A stretch of 54,217 bases of DNA from an uncultured virus (IMG/VR IMGVR_UViG_3300024354_000012) (lineage: Duplodnaviria; Heunggongvirae; Uroviricota; Caudoviricetes). The stretch lies in IMG/VR virus record IMGVR_UViG_3300024354_000012; one strand, given 5' to 3'. The position numbers were made by a program, and so were the translations under genes. Below the pieces are notes generated by a model, which was given only the letters and a program-made list of their open reading frames with translations, did not search any database and was not told the DNA's origin. This document shows positions 1 through 9,094 of the stretch, piece after piece. Every line of letters begins with the position of its first letter. Positions within the stretch are counted from its first letter, which is position 1.

Positions 1-3000
1 TATGTAGATGGCAAAACATTTACCAGTGCTAATAACATCTTTGTTGCTAAAAATGGTAGCGACAATAGAACAGATATTCCAGAAAACCAAAGAGGACGTT
101 CTTGGTCAGCTGCCTATGCTACTGTTAGCTATGCTGCTCAAGTAGCAGAGCAGATCATTAACAGTGCTCCATTTGAACTAGGTCCTTATAGAAAGAAACT
201 TACCTACGATTTTGGTACCAAGAATTCAACACTTTATTCGTTTGCTGCTTCTCCCTTGTCAGGAGTAGGTGCTACAGCAGTAGCAAGGATGGGCGTCGAT
301 TCTTTCACTATCCCTATCGTAGGAACTGGGTACGAACTCGGAGATGTGTTAACGCTATCTGGAGGTACTCCTGTTATTCCAGCACAGGTGCGTGTAGAAG
401 CCAAAGATATCACAGGCGGCATTACTCAACTTTCTATCGTAGAAGCAGGTGTCTATAGCGCATTACCTGATAATATAACCAATATCACTCTCGTAGGAGG
501 AACCGGTAACGGTGCTAGGATATCGGCTACCTGGAAAGTCAGTAGCATCATAGTTACTAATGGAGGTAGCAATTACGGTTCTGCTTCTGCCATATTCTCA
601 GGAGGATCTCCTACATTAGGAGCAGAAGCCACTCCTATAGAAGTAGGTGGAGTTATCAAGGATGTGAATATCGTAAGCAATGGTTCTGGATATACATCTA
701 TTCCAACTATCGATATCTATCTACCAAGAATAACCATAACTACAGAAAATCTAGGTTCCGACTTTGACAACGATCTATCAGATGGTCAACTATTACGAGG
801 ATTAACTTCAGGTGCTGTAGCTAGAATCGTTAACTTTGCTGCCGAAATAGATAATCTAGGCAACGAAATATTTGATATACAAACACTTACTGGTAATCTT
901 CTTGTAGGAGAAGAAATAGAATACGGCCAAGCTACCAAGAACGTACAAGTTACTATTGAAGTAGAAAGTGGTATCTATTACGAACATTTTCCTATACGTC
1001 TAGCAGCTAACGTTTCTATCAAAGGAACAGAATTTAGACGTGTCCAGATCAGACCAAAACCAGGAATCAGCAGATCCCCTTGGGCTAGATTATATTTCCG
1101 TAGAGATCCTATCATCGACGGAATCCGTGTCTCGACCACAGAATACGGTTATCACTATCTAACAGATCCGCTGGACTACTCAAGCACTCCCAAGAATAAC
1201 GACGAAATGGATGTGTTCTTAGCCAATGACGCTGTTGTTGTACGTAACATGAGTGTTCAAGGTCACGGCGGATTCATGATGGTACTTGACCCCGAAGGTC
1301 AGATATCTGCCAAGTCACCATACATGCAAGTTGGATCAAGTTTTACTGGCAGCACTAATGCCAAGAGATTTGCTGGTGGACAATACGTCGATGGATTCGT
1401 AGCTAACATGCCCGGTGTGCTACTAGATAAGAGCGATGACGGATATAAGATCACTATCGGTGGTCTTTACAGAGAACCTCAGCTACCAACATCATTTGTG
1501 TTCGGCAGTGATTTATATAGGATTACCTTAGCGACTAGAGTAGAAACACCATATTTTGGCGCTAAGACTCTGCTGGCTGCTAACAAAACATTCATACAAA
1601 CAGAAACCATAGCATGGATCAATTCACCTAGTGGATTTCCTAATCTAAACTATGACGAAGATATTTGTTATAGAGATGTAGGACTGATCGTTGATGCTGT
1701 CATGGAAGACCTTCTATATGGCGGTTATAGACATAGCTCACAAGCAGGTAGACTATATTTTTCTAGTGGTTCTACTATCATTGCCGGTCAAGTAACACAG
1801 ACTGCCGCAGCTATAAGACATGCTAGAGATATCGCGATAAAATGTATCAAACAAGAACTGTTTACACCTGTGCTAGGCAGCGCAGGACAAACTACTATTC
1901 CGTCGATCACTGATGGTGCCACTGCTCAAACTATCGTTGACAACTGTTTTGAAATCATAGCTAATATTGTTCAATACGGAGAAGCTATGTATAAGGCCAA
2001 GGCCTTGATACAGGCTAACAAAGAACTCATACAGGTAGAAACTGTTAAATTTGTCGATCAATATTATCCTTCACTAAATTATCTTAAAGACACTTGTAAG
2101 CGAGATGTTGGACTTATAGTTGATGCTATTGCTATAGACATGTTTGGAGATTTTACAGAATCTCTAAGAGCAGGATATTCTTACTACAGACAAGGAGTAT
2201 TGGTATATGCGCAGGATCAAATTCCTGCCGAAACAGATGCTGTTAATTTTATAGGTTCTACTATAACCGATATTATACAGAACATCACCATAAGTCCTTT
2301 ACGTAGCAAACAGACTTTCAATCCCTCATCTGCTGTTTCTATATCAGCAAATACAATAACACTACCTTCGCACCCATTTACTAATGGATCTAAGGTACAA
2401 TATAGCAACGGCGGTGGGTCTTCTATTACCACAGATTTTGGTACCTTATCAACTGTAGATCCATATTATGTTTATGTGATAGATGCTGACACTATTCAAC
2501 TGTTCGAATCATTTGATCTGATAGTAGCCGCAGAAAAAGGTCTTTCTACAGCATTGGCAATCAATATCACAGGATCAGGCAGTGGGTCCAGCCATACTAT
2601 TCAGTTCTACCAGACTAAAGACCTAACACTATCAGGTGTAGATCTAACCAACGCTAAAGTACTAACAGGAACTAGCACAGGTACTATAGACACTGCTGTA
2701 GGTTATATTAATACTATCGCAGCAGGCGGTGATAGTACCACTGTGCCTGATATCTATCCACAATATAACTGCGTGTTAGATACTCCATATAATGCCATGG
2801 TCGGTGGTAAAGTTATCTTAAGAACACCTGGTAACAAGTCAATGTTGAACAACGACTTTACACAGGTCAATGACTTGGGCTATGGAATTTTTGCCAACAA
2901 TAACGGTTTGATCGAATCTGTGTCGCTGTTTACCTATTACTGCTACACAGCCTACTACTCACTCAACGGTGGTCAGATACGTTCAGTGGGTGGCTCATGC

Positions 3001-6000
3001 TGTAACGGTGTGTATGGTTTAAGGGCAGAAGGTGCTGACCCTAATGAAGTACCAGATTCAGTCAATCTAAAATTTCCGCTAGCCCAGACAGCTACATCTT
3101 ATGAAAATGCTCTACTGTCTATTAGCAATGCCAAGGGATCGTTAACTCTTTATGTGACCAATTATTCATATCTACCTCGAAATGGCTGTGTCGTCGACAT
3201 TGATCATACAGGCGATTCTGGAGCAGGAGTTACATTAGGTTGGAGAACATACAACGTAGTAGGTGTATCCACAACAGGTTTACCAACCGGTGTTGCTGCG
3301 CTTTCATTAGCTAATGTGACTAGTGCTTCGGGAGTCACTGGTATCGCCAACGATTTGACCAGCAAATCATTGATCATAAGACAAAGCGGTGAATTGGTCA
3401 TTAGTGGTAAAGATGCCATCGTAAGCACAAGACCAAGCACTGCTCTAGTATTTTCAGAATCAACTGCCAACGTTATCAGAGTAACTGCGTTTAACCCATA
3501 TCTAGATGTCGGAGCAGCAGACAAAGATGTGTTAGTGACCACTAGAGACGGATTCAGTTATGTTTCGTTACCTGTCAAGAAAAATGATACAACATTTACT
3601 ATACCTCCAGGTTTCGGCAATGCTGGCGATGATTATATAGCTATCCAACCTTTAAGCACAGCTAACGCTGCGAGACTGACTTATCAAACTACAGGTTATA
3701 CTGTATATCCTAGTACAACAGGAACAGGAGGACAGATATTTGGTTATCAAGACTCTATATACGAAATAACAGGATATACGCTGGTTAATACCGGTCTACC
3801 AAATGCTTATGCCAAGGTTACATTTAACAACGTCACTAATCCTAATGCTGCTACTGCTCGAGGAACGGTCAGCGCGGTTACCAAGGCCAATCCTGCTGTA
3901 GTCACTACTACACAGGCCCACATGATGACAGACGGCAAGAAGGTCAAATTCACCGGCGTCGGTGGTATGACAGAGTTGAATTTCTCAGGTTCAAACTATT
4001 ACTATATCAAGAGACAGACTAACACTGTCAATATAACTGCCACTGCTGCCGGAACTAATTATGTAACTTTAGGATCAGCAGTGTCTACACCTGCGCTGGC
4101 TACTGGACAGGCTGTGATAGTTTCTGGATCTATAGGCGGATTGGTCAGCATACAAGACTATTTCGTCCATCGTGTGATTAATTCTACAACAATCACAGTG
4201 AGCACGTACAGGATCAATGCTACGGCAACAATCGTTTCTACAGACCCATCAAGACCTAATCAGATAGTAGTCGACGATACCAGCAAGCTATCGCTGAATC
4301 AAGCTATCATCTTCTATGGTACAGGGTTTGGCGGTATCGTTAGTGGTACTACATATTATGTTCTATCTATACCAGATACTACACATATTACGATAACTGC
4401 CACTATCAGCGGTACGACCCCAGTGACATTGACTACTGCTTCCGGATATATTTGGGGTGGTACTACTGCTACACTTAGCAACGCTACTGGTTCTGTTTCT
4501 ACAGTGATCAGATCATTTGATAGTTTTGAATTGTATTCAGATAGTGCGTTAACAACCGCAGTCAACAGTACCGGATATACTACATTTACCAGCGGTGGTA
4601 CTGTCAGTGCCATGGGCGGATTAACTTACAGCATCAATAACAGTGCCAGCAATGTGTCACTCAACGCAGGTATAAGAGGTGGTGCTACAGGAACTGTCAC
4701 CGTTAATATTTCTACTATGAGAGCCACTAGCGTGGACTTCTTGGATATAGGAACTGGTAGCTACGCAGACACTAACTATCCATCAGATATTTTTGGTCCG
4801 CCGGCTAACACCCCTGATGTAGCTAAACAAGTTCTAGAACAAAACAAGGGTCGTGTGTTCTATGTAAGCACAGACCAAAACGGTACATTCAAAGTCGGTG
4901 ACTTCTTCGGTGTTGATCAAGGTACAGGTAATTTGACCCTGAGCGCCAAAATCAACTTGGCTGGTATCGAAACTCTAAGATTGAAGAGCGGCGTTGAAAT
5001 TAACGAGTTCTCAAACGATACAACCTTAGGTGGAACAGGACCTGCTCCATCTACTTCTACACCTACATCTAATGCTGTTAGAACCTATATCGATTCTAGA
5101 CTAGGTCTATCTAACAGCGGCACCATAGTAACTACAGGTTTGGTTGGTCCGGGGTATATGGCTCTAGATGGTACATTGGGCATGAAAGGTCCTATGGACC
5201 TTAACAACAACAGAATCATAAATGTTGCTAGTCCAACATCAGCGAATGATGCTGTTCCAAGAAATTACATGAAGCTGTTGAATCTAGAGGATGGTACGAC
5301 TACTGGAGCAAGCAGCGGTGACCTATTGACATTCACTGGTACTGCTGCCGGCTTTACAAAAGCCACTGTTACTGGTGCTATAACTCTAAACAGAAGCGGA
5401 ACTACATTAACATCTACCCTTGCTTCAAATTATGTTACTGATAACAATATAGCTTACACTGCTGCTATCGGTCAATACAAGTTAAATCTTAACACTCTAA
5501 AAGCAAAAGCTGCGGATGGTCTACAGATAACTTCTTACACCAATCAAACAGTAGGAGCTCCTCGAGTAACACTGACAGCCACATTACACGGATTTGTTAA
5601 TGGAGAAAGCGTTGTCATTTCAGGTGAGACTTCAATAACTTCTTTAAACGGTCAATGGACCGTTTACAATGTGACTACTAACACATTCGATATAGCACTA
5701 GCTATACCGTCTGGCACACTAAGTTCTACTATACGAGTAAGATCGTTCGGTCTGTTATCAGCTGCCGATTCGGCTGTGTTCACAGTTAGTGCTAACGGTT
5801 TCTTGAGCTTGAATGATTCGACTTCTACTACTAGTGGTGTTAGATTTACCAAGCTGGCATACATCGATCCTAGTGTTTATGATGCCACTGACAATCAATC
5901 ATTGTCTGGAAACAGCACAAAGGTGTTGGCAAGAAGAGCAACACCTGCTAGTGGAACCGCTATCGGAGCTCCGGTTCCCGTTGACGCTAGAACTATCGTA

Positions 6001-6951
6001 GAAGACGGCGACGGTCTAAGCAGAGCAGAAGTTCCATCAGTAGGTGCTGTGGTTAGAACAGCTACTGGTACTGGCTCTGGCAAATTTAGCACAATCGGTT
6101 ACAGTTCTACAACTGCTGTAGGTGGTTTGAATCTAGTACAAAGAGATGCTTCAAACGGATTTTCGGCAGGCGCTGTATCTGTTACAGGATTGACCAGTAG
6201 TGGTGAAATTACGCTGGCAGGTGGTGGATCAATTAATGCTGTCGGTTCACTTGGTATCAAGATGACTGTTAACAGCACAACATCAACTGTACTATCTCGA
6301 GTATTAGATAACGCAGGTTCTCAAGCATATTATGTTGCTCTCAGAGATGGTAACGGTAATACTGCTATAAGATTAAACACCGGTACATCGGCAGCATATC
6401 AATACAATGCTTATTATGCTACTATTCACAATTTTTGGGATGCCACCGGTAGTAACGCAGGTACAATTAATGTTAATAATGGCGGAACATTATCAACAGG
6501 CGCAGCAGCAAATACTGGACAGATTGTCGGTAACTGGTCTATAGGTTCGGGCAGTAGATTCTCAGCCACATGGGCCGACTTAGCAGAATGGTATACAAGT
6601 GATCAAGAATACGAACCAGGTACGATAGTAGAATTTGGAGGCTCTGCCGAAGTCACTAAGAGCAGCAAAGCAGCTACTACTAGAATAGCCGGTGTGGTTT
6701 CTACTAATCCGGCTTATGTGATGAACGGAGAATGCCCAGGCACTAGAGTATGTGTCGCACTACAAGGCCGTGTGCCATGTAAGGTAGTAGGCAAAATTTC
6801 CAAAGGAGATCTCATAGTTTCTAGCCAGATTCCGGGTGTAGCTATTTCTTCCGGCGAAGAAGCTAAACCAGGAACAATCATAGGTAAAGCCCTAGAAAAT
6901 TACGACAGCGATAGAATTGGTACGATCGAAGTTGCCGTAGGCAGGTTATAA
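1..6951 (+). CDS. Giant multidomain virion (tail/baseplate-fibre) protein, 5'-truncated, with C-terminal autocleaving chaperone (Peptidase_G2-like) domain
   Basis: Frame is open from base 1 (YVDGKTFTSANNIFVAKNGSD...), so the gene starts upstream of the window. It has G/T/S-rich beta repeats (NGGSNYGS, SNGSGYTS), FCCH-like repeats (TTTQAHMMTDGKKVKFTG, TATLHGFVNGESVVISG), two helical CxRD repeats, and a C-terminal ADLAEWY...GVVSTNPAYVMN...VALQGRVPCKV...IIGKALE. Confidence 0.85.
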   Translation, partial: YVDGKTFTSANNIFVAKNGSDNRTDIPENQRGRSWSAAYATVSYAAQVAEQIINSAPFELGPYRKKLTYDFGTKNSTLYSFAASPLSGVGATAVARMGVDSFTIPIVGTGYELGDVLTLSGGTPVIPAQVRVEAKDITGGITQLSIVEAGVYSALPDNITNITLVGGTGNGARISATWKVSSIIVTNGGSNYGSASAIFSGGSPTLGAEATPIEVGGVIKDVNIVSNGSGYTSIPTIDIYLPRITITTENLGSDFDNDLSDGQLLRGLTSGAVARIVNFAAEIDNLGNEIFDIQTLTGNLLVGEEIEYGQATKNVQVTIEVESGIYYEHFPIRLAANVSIKGTEFRRVQIRPKPGISRSPWARLYFRRDPIIDGIRVSTTEYGYHYLTDPLDYSSTPKNNDEMDVFLANDAVVVRNMSVQGHGGFMMVLDPEGQISAKSPYMQVGSSFTGSTNAKRFAGGQYVDGFVANMPGVLLDKSDDGYKITIGGLYREPQLPTSFVFGSDLYRITLATRVETPYFGAKTLLAANKTFIQTETIAWINSPSGFPNLNYDEDICYRDVGLIVDAVMEDLLYGGYRHSSQAGRLYFSSGSTIIAGQVTQTAAAIRHARDIAIKCIKQELFTPVLGSAGQTTIPSITDGATAQTIVDNCFEIIANIVQYGEAMYKAKALIQANKELIQVETVKFVDQYYPSLNYLKDTCKRDVGLIVDAIAIDMFGDFTESLRAGYSYYRQGVLVYAQDQIPAETDAVNFIGSTITDIIQNITISPLRSKQTFNPSSAVSISANTITLPSHPFTNGSKVQYSNGGGSSITTDFGTLSTVDPYYVYVIDADTIQLFESFDLIVAAEKGLSTALAINITGSGSGSSHTIQFYQTKDLTLSGVDLTNAKVLTGTSTGTIDTAVGYINTIAAGGDSTTVPDIYPQYNCVLDTPYNAMVGGKVILRTPGNKSMLNNDFTQVNDLGYGIFANNNGLIESVSLFTYYCYTAYYSLNGGQIRSVGGSCCNGVYGLRAEGADPNEVPDSVNLKFPLAQTATSYENALLSISNAKGSLTLYVTNYSYLPRNGCVVDIDHTGDSGAGVTLGWRTYNVVGVSTTGLPTGVAALSLANVTSASGVTGIANDLTSKSLIIRQSGELVISGKDAIVSTRPSTALVFSESTANVIRVTAFNPYLDVGAADKDVLVTTRDGFSYVSLPVKKNDTTFTIPPGFGNAGDDYIAIQPLSTANAARLTYQTTGYTVYPSTTGTGGQIFGYQDSIYEITGYTLVNTGLPNAYAKVTFNNVTNPNAATARGTVSAVTKANPAVVTTTQAHMMTDGKKVKFTGVGGMTELNFSGSNYYYIKRQTNTVNITATAAGTNYVTLGSAVSTPALATGQAVIVSGSIGGLVSIQDYFVHRVINSTTITVSTYRINATATIVSTDPSRPNQIVVDDTSKLSLNQAIIFYGTGFGGIVSGTTYYVLSIPDTTHITITATISGTTPVTLTTASGYIWGGTTATLSNATGSVSTVIRSFDSFELYSDSALTTAVNSTGYTTFTSGGTVSAMGGLTYSINNSASNVSLNAGIRGGATGTVTVNISTMRATSVDFLDIGTGSYADTNYPSDIFGPPANTPDVAKQVLEQNKGRVFYVSTDQNGTFKVGDFFGVDQGTGNLTLSAKINLAGIETLRLKSGVEINEFSNDTTLGGTGPAPSTSTPTSNAVRTYIDSRLGLSNSGTIVTTGLVGPGYMALDGTLGMKGPMDLNNNRIINVASPTSANDAVPRNYMKLLNLEDGTTTGASSGDLLTFTGTAAGFTKATVTGAITLNRSGTTLTSTLASNYVTDNNIAYTAAIGQYKLNLNTLKAKAADGLQITSYTNQTVGAPRVTLTATLHGFVNGESVVISGETSITSLNGQWTVYNVTTNTFDIALAIPSGTLSSTIRVRSFGLLSAADSAVFTVSANGFLSLNDSTSTTSGVRFTKLAYIDPSVYDATDNQSLSGNSTKVLARRATPASGTAIGAPVPVDARTIVEDGDGLSRAEVPSVGAVVRTATGTGSGKFSTIGYSSTTAVGGLNLVQRDASNGFSAGAVSVTGLTSSGEITLAGGGSINAVGSLGIKMTVNSTTSTVLSRVLDNAGSQAYYVALRDGNGNTAIRLNTGTSAAYQYNAYYATIHNFWDATGSNAGTINVNNGGTLSTGAAANTGQIVGNWSIGSGSRFSATWADLAEWYTSDQEYEPGTIVEFGGSAEVTKSSKAATTRIAGVVSTNPAYVMNGECPGTRVCVALQGRVPCKVVGKISKGDLIVSSQIPGVAISSGEEAKPGTIIGKALENYDSDRIGTIEVAVGRL
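1561..2290 (+). repeat. Two tandem ~145-aa helical repeats within the giant virion protein (CxRDVGLIVDA motif)
   Basis: AKTLLAANKTFIQTET...CYRDVGLIVDAVMEDL starts at 1561 and AKALIQANKELIQVET...CKRDVGLIVDAIAIDM starts at 1996, a period of 435 nt. Confidence 0.85.
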
Positions 6952-6959
6952 AAAACTAG

Positions 6960-6967
6960 GATAAATA
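6960..6967 (+). promoter_or_regulatory. T4-type late promoter (GATAAATA)
   Basis: TAAATA core in the intergenic gap before the baseplate gene; the same motif recurs before other structural genes. Confidence 0.65.
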
Positions 6968-6985
6968 TAGGGTAAAGGTAATAAA

Positions 6986-7663
6986 ATGAGCATAACATCG
7001 ATCAACATAGGTAATTTTGTCAATGACGGTCTCGGAGACGATCTTCGTGCGGCTTTCCAAAAAGTCAATGCTAATTTCGCGACTTTAGATAACCAACTGA
7101 GTGTTACTGGAAAAAACCTAGGTTCAGGTGCTAGGATCTTCAAGCAAAAGTCTAATTATAATCTCGAAATGAGATCATTAGTAGCTGGAACTAATATTAA
7201 TCTTGTAGAAAATACTGATAACATCACTATTAATTCTCCTTTACAAAACACATTTAATAGTATAGTAACTAGTAACGGTAATGTGGATGCTATCAGTCCA
7301 ACTACAGAGGTTACTTTCCAGGGCGGAAACAATATTGTAATCACTAAGTCTGGAAATACTATAGTGTTCGATGCTAACCTAGTAGCAGTCAATCTAGAAG
7401 AAGACCTAAATTTAAACGGACACAGTCTATTAGGTTTAGGTAATATAAACATAACAGGAAATATTACCGCTACAAATTTATTCGGTAATCTATTAGGCTA
7501 CAACAGCCAAGCATTAATTTCAGGAGTATTCGATTATAACTTTGGTTCGATAACTCAAGGAAATTATATAAACGCAACAGAATTTTTATTTTCACAGCTC
7601 GATTGGGATTTTGGTACAGTAACAAGTCCAGGTACCTATGAACTCGATCTCGGAACGATTTAA
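6986..7663 (+). CDS. Baseplate wedge/tail-fibre connector protein (T4 gp9/gp10 N-terminal-like)
   Basis: N-terminal INIGNFVNDGLGDDLRAAFQKVNANF matches the gp9/gp10-type motif. Confidence 0.7.
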   Translation: MSITSINIGNFVNDGLGDDLRAAFQKVNANFATLDNQLSVTGKNLGSGARIFKQKSNYNLEMRSLVAGTNINLVENTDNITINSPLQNTFNSIVTSNGNVDAISPTTEVTFQGGNNIVITKSGNTIVFDANLVAVNLEEDLNLNGHSLLGLGNINITGNITATNLFGNLLGYNSQALISGVFDYNFGSITQGNYINATEFLFSQLDWDFGTVTSPGTYELDLGTI

Positions 7664-7675
7664 CGGAGAAAAAGG

Positions 7676-9085
7676 ATGGCCCTAAAGATACGCAGAGGAA
7701 CCAACGCAGAAAGGTTAACCATTACCCCAGCGGCAGGTGAATTAATTTTTACGACAGATACAAAGTCGTTATACATAGGTGACGGATCTACTGTAGGTGG
7801 AAAATTTTTATCATCAGGTAGCAGCATCATCAACGATATCAACCTAAATGGTCATGATATTGTAGGTACTGGTAATATCGACATTAGTGGTAACATACAT
7901 GCCAGCGGCACTATCACTGCCGATGGTGATATTACATTAGGTAATGCGAGTACAGACAATGTGGTATTTCAAGCAGACATTAATTCAGACATAATCCCAA
8001 ATACTAACAACACATACGACCTAGGTACTACCAGCAAGCGTTGGCAAAATCTTTGGGCCAATACTGTCAACGCAACCAACGTAGTGTCAAATCTACAAGG
8101 CAATGTTCACGGTGATCTAAATGGTTCTGTGTTTGCTGATGATAGTACACTTATAGTAGATGGCACCAGCGGAAAGATCTACGGTACATTTTATGGAAAC
8201 TTGACTGGTGATGTTAGTGGTAACTTAACTGGTAGCAGCAATGGCACACATACTGGTCCTGTAATCGGAAACGTAACTGGCAATGTTAGCGGAAATCTAA
8301 CAGGACTGTTAAAATCTACAGGCGGTCAAACTGTGATGACTACAGGAACCGATGGTACAGATGCTGCCTTCGGCGGACAGACCAGAGGCGATCATTATGG
8401 TTCTGTATTTCCAAATAATTCAGGTTTGGGAGGAGCACCATTAATAGATGGTAACGATGTTAGTATTAATCTAAGAAATACAATCGTAGACGATGTCATT
8501 CCAAAAGTAGATGGAGTTACTAATCTAGGTTCTATAGCTTACCAAAAATTCAAAAGAGTATATCTATCAGATAGAATCAATCTCGGAGTAGAAAAAGATA
8601 TAGGCGTCGTAAGACAATACGGCCTTGATATTAAAATTGACGAAAACAGCAATCACATCGTAGTTAAAAACGGTGTGTGGAACGCTTTACCTATCACGAC
8701 CACATTGTCGGGTAATATCCCAGCAGGATCTAGGACCACATTTACAGTCGACGATCCTACAAACATATTACCAGGTGCTGTATTCAGCTTACCAGGAGTA
8801 AGTGAACGAACTGTGTTGTCGGTAGTAGGCAATGTTATAACAGCTACAGAAACTTTTGCTATCAGCGCAGGTCACGGATTAAATGGTGATGAAGTTACAT
8901 TCTATAATCCAGGACAGCCAACACTTACAGTAAGTTCTGTTGTCCCAACTACATCAGTAGGTTATCCAGGCAGTGTTCCCGGAATGGTCACTCTAGATAA
9001 TACTTACTTCTATATCTGTAGCGGATTTTATGACGGAAGCACAAGTATTTGGTCAAGAATATCTATCCAGTCGTCAACCTTCTAA
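7676..9085 (+). CDS. Tail fibre-like protein with Mtd N-terminal-like domain
   Basis: MALKIRRGT...PAAGELIFTTDTKSLYIGDGSTVGG, plus G(N/D)(V/L)xG repeats typical of trimeric fibres. Confidence 0.7.
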   Translation: MALKIRRGTNAERLTITPAAGELIFTTDTKSLYIGDGSTVGGKFLSSGSSIINDINLNGHDIVGTGNIDISGNIHASGTITADGDITLGNASTDNVVFQADINSDIIPNTNNTYDLGTTSKRWQNLWANTVNATNVVSNLQGNVHGDLNGSVFADDSTLIVDGTSGKIYGTFYGNLTGDVSGNLTGSSNGTHTGPVIGNVTGNVSGNLTGLLKSTGGQTVMTTGTDGTDAAFGGQTRGDHYGSVFPNNSGLGGAPLIDGNDVSINLRNTIVDDVIPKVDGVTNLGSIAYQKFKRVYLSDRINLGVEKDIGVVRQYGLDIKIDENSNHIVVKNGVWNALPITTTLSGNIPAGSRTTFTVDDPTNILPGAVFSLPGVSERTVLSVVGNVITATETFAISAGHGLNGDEVTFYNPGQPTLTVSSVVPTTSVGYPGSVPGMVTLDNTYFYICSGFYDGSTSIWSRISIQSSTF

Positions 9086-9094
9086 GGAATTCGT

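Noticed and set aside
7676..9085. Diversity-generating retroelement target (Mtd-like N-terminus)
   Set aside because: No reverse transcriptase and no template/variable repeat pair in the window; the Mtd N-terminal domain is a generic fibre anchor.
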